This document shows, in pieces, positions 54,541-64,000 of a stretch of 64,000 nt of DNA (positions are counted from its first letter, which is position 1; every line of letters begins with the position of its first letter). Below the pieces are notes generated by a model, which ran no database searches, was not told the DNA's origin, and saw only the letters and a list, made by a program, of their open reading frames with translations. The DNA is from an uncultured Verrucomicrobiae bacterium. Lineage in GTDB: Bacteria; Verrucomicrobiota; Verrucomicrobiia; Limisphaerales; Palsa-1400. The position numbers were made by a program, and so were the translations under genes. The DNA lies in the NCBI GenBank assembly GCA_963702845.1, contig OY969763.1, forward strand, positions 4,032,001 to 4,096,000, read 5' to 3'.

Positions 54541-55437
54541 ATGGGTATAGTGACTGGAATGGTTCGCAGGACGATCATGGGTTTAGTGGTATGCTTTGCA
54601 CTGTTCGTTGGTGCCGCCCAAGCGGTCACAGACGCAGCGCCAGCGCCCGCCCCTGCGTCTCCATCCGCGGTGTCGGACGAAAACGCGCCCGACGCAACCG
54701 ATGCCCCCCCTCTGCAGGACGACAATCCGTATTCAGCCATTGTTCGCGGCAACGTATTTCGTTTGACCGAACCGCCCAAACCGCAGGCAAAAGAAGACCC
54801 GGCCATTCTCAACCTGCCGAAAGTGAACATCACCGGTTTTCGTAGGCGCGAAGGCGAGCCGGTCCGCGCGTTGTTCGCCACGGTGCCGAAGGATCCGAAA
54901 GAATCGCCGAAATATTTCAATCTCGCAGAAGGCGAAAAAGAAGACATTCTGGAATTGAAAAAGATCGATCCTAATCAGGAATCGGTCGATGTCATTATCG
55001 CCGGCACGCCGACGACCCTCACGGTCAAGAGCAATAGTTTCGTCCAATCTGTCGTGGTTCCCAAAACCGCCGCCGCTCCGCTTCCCGGTATAGCTAATCC
55101 AGGATTGAATGCACGGCCTCCAGCCGCTCCTTATGGCGGCTCACCGGCTTATGGCGGCCAAGCACAGCCGCAGCCGATACAGCCAGGGCAACCGCAGCAA
55201 ACACAGCAACCGTACAATCCACAGAACGGCGGCGTTATTGTCGCTGGCGGCGGTATTGCACCTGCGACTGCTTCAACAGTCGTTGCCGGCGGCACACAAC
55301 CGCAACCCGGCGCATTTGCTCCAGCACAAGCCGCGCCTGAGGGAACAGCGGTCAGCACCGGCGGGGAAGCTGCGTTGCGAACGATTCCGACCCGAGGCAT
55401 TCGGACGGGTATGCAAGCACCGCCGACCCCGCGATGA
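54541..55437 (+). CDS. Hypothetical exported Pro/Gln-rich protein
   Basis: Signal peptide, small beta-rich core, low-complexity tail; start uncertain. Confidence 0.6.
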   Translation: MGIVTGMVRRTIMGLVVCFALFVGAAQAVTDAAPAPAPASPSAVSDENAPDATDAPPLQDDNPYSAIVRGNVFRLTEPPKPQAKEDPAILNLPKVNITGFRRREGEPVRALFATVPKDPKESPKYFNLAEGEKEDILELKKIDPNQESVDVIIAGTPTTLTVKSNSFVQSVVVPKTAAAPLPGIANPGLNARPPAAPYGGSPAYGGQAQPQPIQPGQPQQTQQPYNPQNGGVIVAGGGIAPATASTVVAGGTQPQPGAFAPAQAAPEGTAVSTGGEAALRTIPTRGIRTGMQAPPTPR

Positions 55438-55441
55438 CCGT

Positions 55442-56602
55442 TCAGATTTTCAGAAACAGCTCCGCGGCCCAATCAGCGTAGCGCATTCCTTGACGGGTCA
55501 GATGAAACCGTTCTTCATCGAGACTGCCGTAACCGAGTTTGATTATCTCCTGGATTTCAGCGTTCCATTCCTGGCGCAAATCAAATCCGGTCCGCTGCGC
55601 AAACTGCACAAGCGGCCATCCGGCGTTCATGCGTAAACCGAATGCGGCCAACTCACCCGCACGACGCAGCGGCGGCAATTCTTCCTTCGACTCAATCGCG
55701 CGTTTGCCTTTCTCAATCTGTTCGCAATAAATCGTCGTATTGGACCAATTCTTCGTCCGCACGCCCCGCACAAATCCGGCGGCACTCGGGCCCATGCCGT
55801 AGAACGAGCCGCCGCGCCAATAGTTCACGTTGTGCAAGCACGCGCGGGACGGGATGTCGCTCGATTTATTATCATCCTTCGCAAAATTGGCTATTTCGTA
55901 TTGACGGAAACCGGCGCGCTGCGCGGTGTCCAATAACTCCTCATACATTTCGCACGCGAGATTCTCGTCGACGGCGATTTTGCCCTGCTGCAAATCGTGG
56001 AACAGGGCCGTGTCTTCCTCGTAAATGACCTCGTAGGACGACAAATGTTCGCTGCCCAGCGCTATGATTTCTCGCAAAGTGTCGCGCCAGATTTCCATCG
56101 TCTGACCCGGAATTGCGAACATCAGGTCCAGATTCACATTGTCGAAACCGGCCGAGCGTAAAATATCGAACGACTTGAAGACCTGTTCGCGCGAATGGAT
56201 TCGACCGAGCTTATCGAGCAACGCTTCATTTAACGACTGAACGCCCATCGAAATGCGGTTCACTCCGAATTCGCGCAGCAACTTTGCTTTATCCGCCGAA
56301 ACCGTCGCCGGATTACATTCAACGGTCCATTCCTGCGCCCCCGTCAGGCCAAGGCGTTGCATCGTCTGGAGGATGGTCTCCCACTGACGCAAGTTGAGCA
56401 GCGAAGGCGTGCCGCCACCGAAAAAAATCGTCCGCGGCTTCAGATCGTGCGCAACTAGTTCCAATTCTCGGACGAGGGCGTCGACGTAACGGTTCACCAC
56501 CTCGCCGCTGCTCGCTTCCGAGTAGAAGGCGCAGTAAGAGCACTTCTTTGCGCAAAACGGCACGTGCACGTAGAGGCTGGTAATGATGGGCTCGTTGAAC
56601 AT
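55442..56602 (-). CDS. hemW: Radical SAM heme chaperone HemW (HemN-like)
   Basis: YVHVPFCAKKCSYCAF, GGGTPS, YEIANFA, HNVNYW. Confidence 0.9.
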   Translation of the reverse strand: MFNEPIITSLYVHVPFCAKKCSYCAFYSEASSGEVVNRYVDALVRELELVAHDLKPRTIFFGGGTPSLLNLRQWETILQTMQRLGLTGAQEWTVECNPATVSADKAKLLREFGVNRISMGVQSLNEALLDKLGRIHSREQVFKSFDILRSAGFDNVNLDLMFAIPGQTMEIWRDTLREIIALGSEHLSSYEVIYEEDTALFHDLQQGKIAVDENLACEMYEELLDTAQRAGFRQYEIANFAKDDNKSSDIPSRACLHNVNYWRGGSFYGMGPSAAGFVRGVRTKNWSNTTIYCEQIEKGKRAIESKEELPPLRRAGELAAFGLRMNAGWPLVQFAQRTGFDLRQEWNAEIQEIIKLGYGSLDEERFHLTRQGMRYADWAAELFLKI

Positions 56603-56620
56603 CGAAGCAAACGTAGTTGC

Positions 56621-56710
56621 AAAAGCCCCAAATCCCAAGCTCCAAGCTGGCAATTGGTGTTTGGCATTTGGAGCTTCTTTGGTCCTTGGTGTTTGGAGCT
56701 TGGTGCTTTT
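56621..56710. repeat. Heptamer-based imperfect palindrome (CTCCAAG/CTTGGAG family)
   Basis: cccaagctccaagc...tttggagcttctttggtccttggtgtttggagcttggtgc; same family as 2007-2100. Confidence 0.65.
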
Positions 56711-56791
56711 TCACGTTGCCCCATGTCAACAAGTGAGTAGCATTTCCCCATGCCGCCAGTCCTGACACCGGTCCAGTCTAACATTCCATTC

Positions 56792-57511
56792 ATGCGCTCT
56801 GACGGGCGTGAATTTGATCAGCTCCGACCGATTCGTTTTCAAAACGGAATCGCGCCGAACGCCACCGGCTCAACCCTCGTCGAGTGGGGCAACACCCGTG
56901 TCATCTGCGCGGTGACGATTGAGGAATCGGTGCCGCGCTGGATGAAGGAACAGAACGTCGCGGGTGGTTGGGTCACCGCCGAATATTCGATGCTCCCCTA
57001 CTCCACTCTGACGCGCAAAGCGCGCGAGGTGTCCAAGGGCAAAGTCGAAGGACGCACCCAGGAAATTCAGCGGCTCATCGGACGCGCGATGCGCTCAGCG
57101 GTCGACTTGGAACGCGTTGGCGCGCGAACGATTTGTGTTGATTGCGATGTTTTGCAGGCAGATGGCGGCACACGCACCGCCTCGATCACAGGCGCTTTTG
57201 TGGCCCTCTCTCTTGCCGTCAGAAAGTTGATGAACGACGGAAAAATCACGAGTTCCCCGATCCTTCACAACGTCGCTGCGGTGAGCGTTGGCATTGTTCA
57301 AGCACAACCGCTGTTGGACCTCTGCTACGTGGAAGACGTGGCTGCGGCGGTCGACATGAATTTCGCGATGACCAGTGCTGGTGAATTTATTGAGCTTCAA
57401 GGGACGGGCGAGGAAGCGACGTTCACTGACGACCAATTACAATCGATGATCAGTTTAGGAAAGGCTGGAATTCGGCGTTTAATCGACTTGCAAAACAAGG
57501 CGGTAAAATAA
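56792..57511 (+). CDS. rph: Ribonuclease PH
   Basis: GWVTAEYSMLP, GRTQEIQRLIGR, DVLQADGGTRTASITG. Confidence 0.97.
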   Translation: MRSDGREFDQLRPIRFQNGIAPNATGSTLVEWGNTRVICAVTIEESVPRWMKEQNVAGGWVTAEYSMLPYSTLTRKAREVSKGKVEGRTQEIQRLIGRAMRSAVDLERVGARTICVDCDVLQADGGTRTASITGAFVALSLAVRKLMNDGKITSSPILHNVAAVSVGIVQAQPLLDLCYVEDVAAAVDMNFAMTSAGEFIELQGTGEEATFTDDQLQSMISLGKAGIRRLIDLQNKAVK

Positions 57512-57543
57512 AGTAGAGCCGCTGACGGCGACTGCGACGCGCA

Positions 57544-58098
57544 CTAATTCCAAGAGAGATCTTCCGGAGCTTGCGCCAACAGCACCAAGCCCTTTTGTTT
57601 CACGATCGTTTGCCAAAGTATTTCCGGCTGAGGATTGAAGACCAGATCGACCGAGGCGGGATGCACGAGCCAATCTTTCCGCGCCATTTCGTTGTCCAGT
57701 TGGCCGGCAGTCCAACCGGCGTAACCAGCGAACAAGCGCAACTTCTGTGATGGCGAGTAGGACTCGCCGATGTCCATAAGAGCATCGAGCGAATGGCCGA
57801 GGCGCAAGTTGTCCATGACGTTGGCATCGGGAAGAAGCAGATCCGAGTGCAGGTAACTCAAGGCGGTGGGCTGCACCGGGCCGCCGATGAAAAGCGTCTC
57901 ATCCTTCAGCTTTTCCGGCAGATCCGCAACGAGCGCTTCACCGACTTTGTTTTCAGTTGAGCGATTCAAGATCAGTCCAAAAGCACCTTCGGCGTCGTGT
58001 TGGCAGATGAGCACGACCGATCGATGAAAAAATGAGCCGTGTAATTTGCCGCCATCGAGGAGCAACTGACCGCGCAAAGATTTAGTGGCCTTAGCCAT
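57544..58098 (-). CDS. YqgE/AlgH family protein
   Basis: FHRSVVLICQH..EGAFGLILNR, GGPV, GYAGW..GQL..E, DLSWN. Confidence 0.92.
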   Translation of the reverse strand: MAKATKSLRGQLLLDGGKLHGSFFHRSVVLICQHDAEGAFGLILNRSTENKVGEALVADLPEKLKDETLFIGGPVQPTALSYLHSDLLLPDANVMDNLRLGHSLDALMDIGESYSPSQKLRLFAGYAGWTAGQLDNEMARKDWLVHPASVDLVFNPQPEILWQTIVKQKGLVLLAQAPEDLSWN

Positions 58099-58214
58099 AC
58101 GACTGTAAGCGTAATCTGCCTCAAGGGCGGGCGGGTGACAACTTGATTGCGTTTTTGGAGTGCGGGCATCCCGCTCCACTTGCTTCGCAATGCCAAAGCA
58201 CATAATCTCGCGAT

Positions 58215-60919
58215 ATGATACGCCTTCATCGATTTGTTCTGCTCGTTGGGCTATTCGGTCTTTCAGTTTGCATGCATGCGGCGTCCGTTGCGCGGATGCG
58301 TTGTGAGAATTTGGAGAACCCCATCGGTATTGATGCCACCCAACCGCGATTGAGCTGGAACATGCAGAGCGATGAACGCGGCGCGTTGCAATCCGGCTAC
58401 CAGATTCTTGTCGCTTCAAGCGAATCTCTGCTCAAAGAGGGCAAAGCCGACCTGTGGGACAGCAGCCGCGTTGATTCCGATCAATCGATCAATATCGGCT
58501 ATGGCGGGAAGGCGTCGCAAGTCAGGCCAACGTTGTTTTTGGATGGTCCGCGTCTGGGACAAAAATGGTCACCCATGCTCGTATAGCAAACCGGCGCTGT
58601 GGCAGATGGGCTTGCTCTCGCCCGAGGACTGGCACGGCAAATGGATCGCGCGCACAGCCGATACAAACTCGAATCCGGCGCCATTTCTACGTCGCGCATT
58701 TCAAGTAGGCCAACATATCAAACACGCCACTGTTTACATTTGCGGCCTTGGTTATTACGAGTTGCACATCAACGGCAAAAAAATTGGCGACCATCTGCTC
58801 GATCCCGGCTACACGCGTTACGATAAACGCGATCTTTACGTTGCCTACGATGTCACTGACGACTTGCAAAAGGGTAAGAACGTCATCGGCGCGATTCTTG
58901 GAAACGGCTGGTACAACGTGCACACGCGCGCTGTTTGGGAATTCGACAATGCCCCATGGCGCGCTGCACCGAAGTTGTTACTGGAACTGCGCGTTGAACT
59001 CGCTGATGGCACGACACAAACCATTGCGACCGATGACACGTGGAAAACAAGCACCGGCCCGATCACATTCGACAGCATTTACGGCGGTGAAAACTACGAT
59101 GCGCGATTAGAGATGTTAGGTTGGGACAAACCCGGTTTCGATGATTCAAAATGGAGCAAAGCACAGCTCGTCGAAGCGCCAAAAGGAAAACTCGTCGCGC
59201 AAACAATGCCGCCAATCAAAGCGTGTGAAGAGTTTGGCGCCAAAACCATCACCGAGCCAAAACCCGGAGTATACGTTATCGACTTCGGCCAGAACATGGC
59301 CGGGTTTGTACAACTCACGTGCTCTGCGCCAGCCGACACGAACATCAGAATGAAATATGGCGAGCGTCTCGACGGCGACGGCTTGGTTGATCAAACGATC
59401 ATCAACGAGCACATCCGCCGCATGGATTCCAGTCAGCAATTTCAAACCGACTCATACATCGCCAAAGGAAAAGGAACAGAAACGTGGCACTCGCGATTTA
59501 CGTATTACGGCTTCCAATACATCGAGGTAAGCGGGTTTCTCAGTAAACCAACCGCCGAAAATTTTCGCGCCTATTTCATCCATTCCGCCGTGCCGGTTGT
59601 CGGGCACGTTCAACTGTTCAAACGAATTGTTCAACAAGATTTGGAAGAATGGCCGCTACTCGTACCTGAGCAACCTCGAAGGCATTCCGACCGACTGCCC
59701 GCACCGCGAGAAGAACGGTTGGACCGGCGACGCTCATCTCGCCTGCGAACAAGGCCTATTCAGCTACGACAGCCTCCCCGTTTACGAAAAATGGTTGAAC
59801 GACTTAAACGACGAACAACGTCCGACCGGTGAACTGCCCGGCATCGTGCCAACCGGTGGCTGGGGCTACAAATGGGGCAACGGTCCTGCGTGGGACAGCG
59901 CGTTCGTCCTTATCCCCTACTATCTCTACGAATACTGCGGCGACACGCGCGCGTTTGCGGACCATTACGCTGGGATGAAGCGCTATGTCGATTACCTGTC
60001 CAGCCGCGCTAAAAGCGGCATCATCAATTTCGGCCTGCCCGACTGGGCTCCGGCTAACACCACCACGCCGACGGATATTACCTCGACTGGCTATTACTAT
60101 CGCGACACGCAGATTGTTGCACTTGCAGCAAAAGTTCTTGGCAAAGAATCAGACGCGCAAAAATACACCGACCTGGCGGCGAGCATCAAAACAGCGTTCA
60201 ACAACAAGTTCTATAACCCTGCTACTGGTAATTACGGCAACGGCAGCCAAACATCACTAAGCTGCGCGCTCTATCAAGGACTGTGTGAACCAACCGATCG
60301 TCAACGTGTCGTTGAGAACCTTGTCGATAACGTTCATCACCACGACGACCACATCGACACTGGGATTCTCGGTGCGAAATATCTGCTCTACGCGCTCACG
60401 GACAATGGGCGCGGCAACCTCGCTTACGAAATAGCGAACCAAAAAACGCAACCGAGCTGGGGTTGGTGGATTGTCCAGGGCGCTAGCACGCTGTGGGAAC
60501 AATGGAACGGCAACGATTCGCACAACCACATCATGTATGGCGACATCTCAGCGTGGTTTTACAAAGCGCTTGCCGGTATTAATTCCGATCCCGCATCGCC
60601 CGGCTTCAAACATTTTATCATCAAGCCAGAGGTGCTCGGCAACCTGCAATGGGCCAAGGGCACTTACAATTCAGTCCACGGGTTAATTGTCAGTGATTGG
60701 TATCTGAAAGAAGGCAAGTTCAACTTAACTGTCACAGTTCCGCCGAACACGACGGCAACGATTTACCTACCCTGCGGCAATCCGGGGGACGTTCACGAAA
60801 GTGGCCGTTCACTTGAGGATACAGCCGGCTTCAACCGCGTAGAGGCAGAAGGTGGCTTAACAATTGTAGAAGTGGACTCAGGTACTTACAAATTCTCGAT
60901 GCCATTTCCTCAGAACTAA
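58215..60919 (+). CDS. GH78 alpha-L-rhamnosidase family protein, split by two frameshifts (~58520, ~59600)
   Basis: PIGIDATQPRLSW, GENYDAR, DFGQN, PTDCPHREKNGWTGD, TLWEQW, SHNH across three overlapping ORFs. Confidence 0.9.
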
Positions 60920-60930
60920 GTTCGACCAAC

Positions 60931-60962
60931 AAAAAAGACCGGCCATGTTTCCGTGGCCGGCC
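60931..60962. terminator. Terminator-like hairpin between convergent genes
   Basis: AAAAAAGA-CCGGCCA-loop-TGGCCGG. Confidence 0.65.
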
Positions 60963-60986
60963 CTCGCAATAATTTACGCTAGCAGT

Positions 60987-61598
60987 TTATTGAGCTTTGA
61001 TTTCAAGCTGATTATCAACCGCTGAAACGCCCGCAACTTGTTTGGCGCGTTGTTCGCAATCCATCTTGGCTTGATCGTTCGCCACTGAACCTTTGAGCGT
61101 CACTTTGCCATTGCTAACATCGACGTTCAGGTTCTGCGGAGCGTTCGGATTCGCGCTGACACTGGCAGGATTGCTCGAGTCTGAGCTATTGCCGAGAATC
61201 GCCGCGCGGACTTTCGCTTTGATCAAGCTGTCCGAATTTCCGGCTTCGGCGGTCGCTGTCGTTGCGCCGGCGGATTCATTGACCGCTTTGCCCTGTGCGT
61301 TCGCAACTTTGGCCTGCGCATCCGCGTCAGCTTTCGCTGCTTTGGCCTGAGCGTCAACTTCGTCCTTCTTGGCGTTAATCTGCTCCTTCTCCGCTTTGGC
61401 TTGAGCGTTGATCTGGTCCTTTTGTTGGCTCGCCTGTTTGGAAATGGCGTCCTTTTGCGCGTTCAATGCGTCTTTTTCAGCGTTCGCATTGGCTTTGACT
61501 GCGTCTTTCTGAGCGCCGGCGGATTCATTTGCGGTATTTTCCCGGTTACACCCCGCCATCACCAATGCCGCTGCCGCTACAACTAGAATTTTTTTCAT
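60987..61598 (-). CDS. BON domain lipoprotein
   Basis: Lipobox MAGC, Ala/Lys/Gln coiled coil, C-terminal GKVTLKGSV...GVSAVDNQL. Confidence 0.88.
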   Translation of the reverse strand: MKKILVVAAAALVMAGCNRENTANESAGAQKDAVKANANAEKDALNAQKDAISKQASQQKDQINAQAKAEKEQINAKKDEVDAQAKAAKADADAQAKVANAQGKAVNESAGATTATAEAGNSDSLIKAKVRAAILGNSSDSSNPASVSANPNAPQNLNVDVSNGKVTLKGSVANDQAKMDCEQRAKQVAGVSAVDNQLEIKAQ

Positions 61599-61796
61599 AT
61601 ACGTGTTTTTTTGCTTTTGGATTACTCCTGTGACCTAAAGTAGGCCTCACAACACGCTTCTCAATTGGGGACGCGGCGATTCGTGCCATCGGGCAATCGC
61701 CGACCGCAAGAAACTGACTTGGACTGACGGGGCGGTCGAACGTGACCGCGCCCGTCAGGATATTGAAGCGGCGGTCGAGTGACACGCCGCACGAAA

Positions 61797-63239
61797 CTAT
61801 GTGCGAATGGAATCGTATTCGCGCTTGGTCGTCATTCCGGGCATCGGCACCGGATATTTGCCATTTTGATCCGAAGGCAACGGTCCCGGCCCGAGTTGCA
61901 GATCGCCGATGTTCGGAGCCATCTCGTGCTCGTGATTGAGCGCCTCTTCCCAAGTGACGACCTGGCCGGTGTGCGCGGCCAAACGACCCAAATTGCAGGC
62001 GTTGCTCGCTTCAGCGCCGTATTTAGCTTCGTTGTATTTATCGTTTTTTTGGATCGCGTCGATGAGATCGTCCCATTCGTTTTGATAAGGGTTGGTGTCG
62101 TAATTCGCCAACTCGCCTCCGACACTGAAACTCTTGCTCCTGCCTTTGGATTCCCACTGCAGACCGTTTTTGCTCGCATGCTGCGTGGTGAAAATTTGCT
62201 GCGGCCCGCTGCAGTCACCATTGTGCGCCATCACGGCCATTCCTTTGCTCCCGTGCGCTGCGCTCTTATAAATATCCGCGCAACCAACGATGCAACGACC
62301 ATCCATCAACAATGTCGTGCCGTCGGCGTACGTATATTCGACAGAATACGTGTCGAGATTCTGATCGACCATATCACCACGGAAATGACGACCGCCTAGC
62401 GCTTGCGCTTTCACGGGCCACGCATTCTTCATCCAGCAGGAATGATCGACATGATGAATGTAAAAATCATTGAACATGCCGCCGCTCGCCCAAATAAAGG
62501 CGTGGAAGTTGCGGATCTGATATTCCACATCGGTCATATTCGCCGGCTTTTTCGGCACGAAACAATTAGCGAGCGGACCCGCCATCCGATAGCAGCGCAT
62601 CAAAATGATGTCGCCGATTTCGCCGTCTTGAACGCGCTTATGCAACTCCTGCATACCCCGGCTGTGGCGGCTCATCAGTCCGACGCCAACCTTTAGATTC
62701 TTTTTCTCCGATTCTTCAGCGTACTGCAGCATCCGGCGAGTCGAAGGACCATCCGCCGTCAGAGGCTTTTCCATGAACACGTTCAGGTTCTTGTCGATCG
62801 CATGTTTGAAGTGCAAACCGCGAAACCCCAGCGGTGTAGTGAGGATGACAATGTCGCCTTTCCGCAGACAATCCATCGCCTTCTTGTACGCGTCGAAGCC
62901 AACGAATTTGTGGTCATCGACATTCATCTTCGCTGAAAAATCCTTGTGCAATGCGTCATAGCTGCCGTTGAGACGATCGGGAAATGCATCGGCCATCGCA
63001 ACAAGCTTGATCGGTCCTCGGTTCGCAACGGAAAGCGCATTAGCAGCCGCCCCTGTGCCGCGTCCGCCGCAGCCGATCAATGCAACGCGGATCTCGCTGT
63101 TGTGCCCCGGATGCACATTCGGCAGAGGATTCTTCGGCGAAGCGTAGGCCAAACTGCCAACGGCAGATGCTGCAGCGGCGGTGGCAGTAGTTTTAATAAA
63201 ATCACGACGAGTCGTGAGCGAGTTAGTGGACTGGGTCAT
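61797..63239 (-). CDS. Gfo/Idh/MocA family oxidoreductase, Tat-exported
   Basis: TRRDFIK, GCGGRGTGA, FMEKP. Confidence 0.92.
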   Translation of the reverse strand: MTQSTNSLTTRRDFIKTTATAAAASAVGSLAYASPKNPLPNVHPGHNSEIRVALIGCGGRGTGAAANALSVANRGPIKLVAMADAFPDRLNGSYDALHKDFSAKMNVDDHKFVGFDAYKKAMDCLRKGDIVILTTPLGFRGLHFKHAIDKNLNVFMEKPLTADGPSTRRMLQYAEESEKKNLKVGVGLMSRHSRGMQELHKRVQDGEIGDIILMRCYRMAGPLANCFVPKKPANMTDVEYQIRNFHAFIWASGGMFNDFYIHHVDHSCWMKNAWPVKAQALGGRHFRGDMVDQNLDTYSVEYTYADGTTLLMDGRCIVGCADIYKSAAHGSKGMAVMAHNGDCSGPQQIFTTQHASKNGLQWESKGRSKSFSVGGELANYDTNPYQNEWDDLIDAIQKNDKYNEAKYGAEASNACNLGRLAAHTGQVVTWEEALNHEHEMAPNIGDLQLGPGPLPSDQNGKYPVPMPGMTTKREYDSIRT

Positions 63240-63299
63240 AAATCTGTATTTTCCTGACGATACGTAGCCGAAGTCAATTCAAAGAATTTTTTTTGCACA

Positions 63300-64000
63300 C
63301 TATGGGCCACTGACGATCGTCAGAGTTTCTATGGCTGGTGTCATCGCCGAGTTGATCGCGGTCGCACGATAGAAACTCGCTGCGGTCGATGGATGAATTT
63401 TAATCGCGCCGCCGCCAGCGATGGAACCCCCGACCAATCCACGCCACGTCGTGAGATTAGTAGAACCGGAAAGATTATACAACTGGTTCGTAGGCCCACT
63501 GACGGTGAATTGAAAGTTTGTCCCGACCATAGCCGGAGCGCTGAACGTGCACGGAGATGCAGGCGGGGAGAACGCGCGCCAGAGGCTACCCGCGTTATCT
63601 GCAACGTAGAGATTGCCAACATTGTCCCAGGCGACTTCGCGGTAGTCGTCGAGCGGGACCAGGTCGCGCTTGATGAGTGCGCCGGTGTTGGCATCGAGAA
63701 TAGCGACACCTCCGCTCCCGCCGCTGCCGGTGCGAAACGCGACCGCGACGTAAGTTGCGGTTGGATCAACAGCGCAGGCGAAAGCGCCGCGCATGGTGTC
63801 GTCGCCCGAACCGACGGCCCAATCGGCCACCGTTTCAGGAGTGCCGGATTCGTTGTACGGCGGAAAACGGAGCACGCGCGACGCAGGGTCGCCGGGATTG
63901 ACCCGGTATTGAATGGTGTAGATATAGCCGTTTTTATCCACAGCAATGTCGTACGGATAAATCTTCAACGAACCGGTTAACGCAGCGACAATTTGCGTGC
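63300..64000 (-). CDS. C-terminal part of a secreted NHL/beta-propeller-like protein; 5' end outside the window
   Basis: DIAVDKNGYIY, VAWDNVGNLYV repeats; STNLTTW...FYRA C-terminal module. Confidence 0.6.
   Translation of the reverse strand, partial: TQIVAALTGSLKIYPYDIAVDKNGYIYTIQYRVNPGDPASRVLRFPPYNESGTPETVADWAVGSGDDTMRGAFACAVDPTATYVAVAFRTGSGGSGGVAILDANTGALIKRDLVPLDDYREVAWDNVGNLYVADNAGSLWRAFSPPASPCTFSAPAMVGTNFQFTVSGPTNQLYNLSGSTNLTTWRGLVGGSIAGGGAIKIHPSTAASFYRATAINSAMTPAIETLTIVSGP

Overview
A 64-kb bacterial chromosomal window. The gene content and intergenic heptamer/REP-type repeats suggest Verrucomicrobiota (Pedosphaera/Limisphaerales-like); this is an inference. Most of it is housekeeping or metabolic: gcvP, a sulfatase, a TolC/HlyD/ABC exporter, purL-purQ-purS, gmd, pfk, a stand-alone C-terminal half of carB, a ygfZ-like gene, a pilin, a tRNA with CAT anticodon, ilvN-ilvC behind a Val/Ile/Leu leader-peptide attenuator, hemW, rph, yqgE and a GH78. 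About eight genes carry single-base frameshifts, which look like long-read indel errors. The notable part is a ~5.9-kb accessory island at 38.35-44.19 kb. It is partitioned by five copies of a ~93-bp palindromic element built from TGTCTCC/GGAGACA boxes at fixed spacing. Two copies bracket a DnaB-N + AAA_25 helicase + wHTH gene; the others bracket cargo: an integron-type cassette, a toxin-antitoxin pair and small ORFs. The cassette's attC site is split by an IS110/IS1111-family element. That element's 3' non-coding region contains readable guide segments matching both the attC target and its own circle junction, as expected of a bridge/seek RNA.
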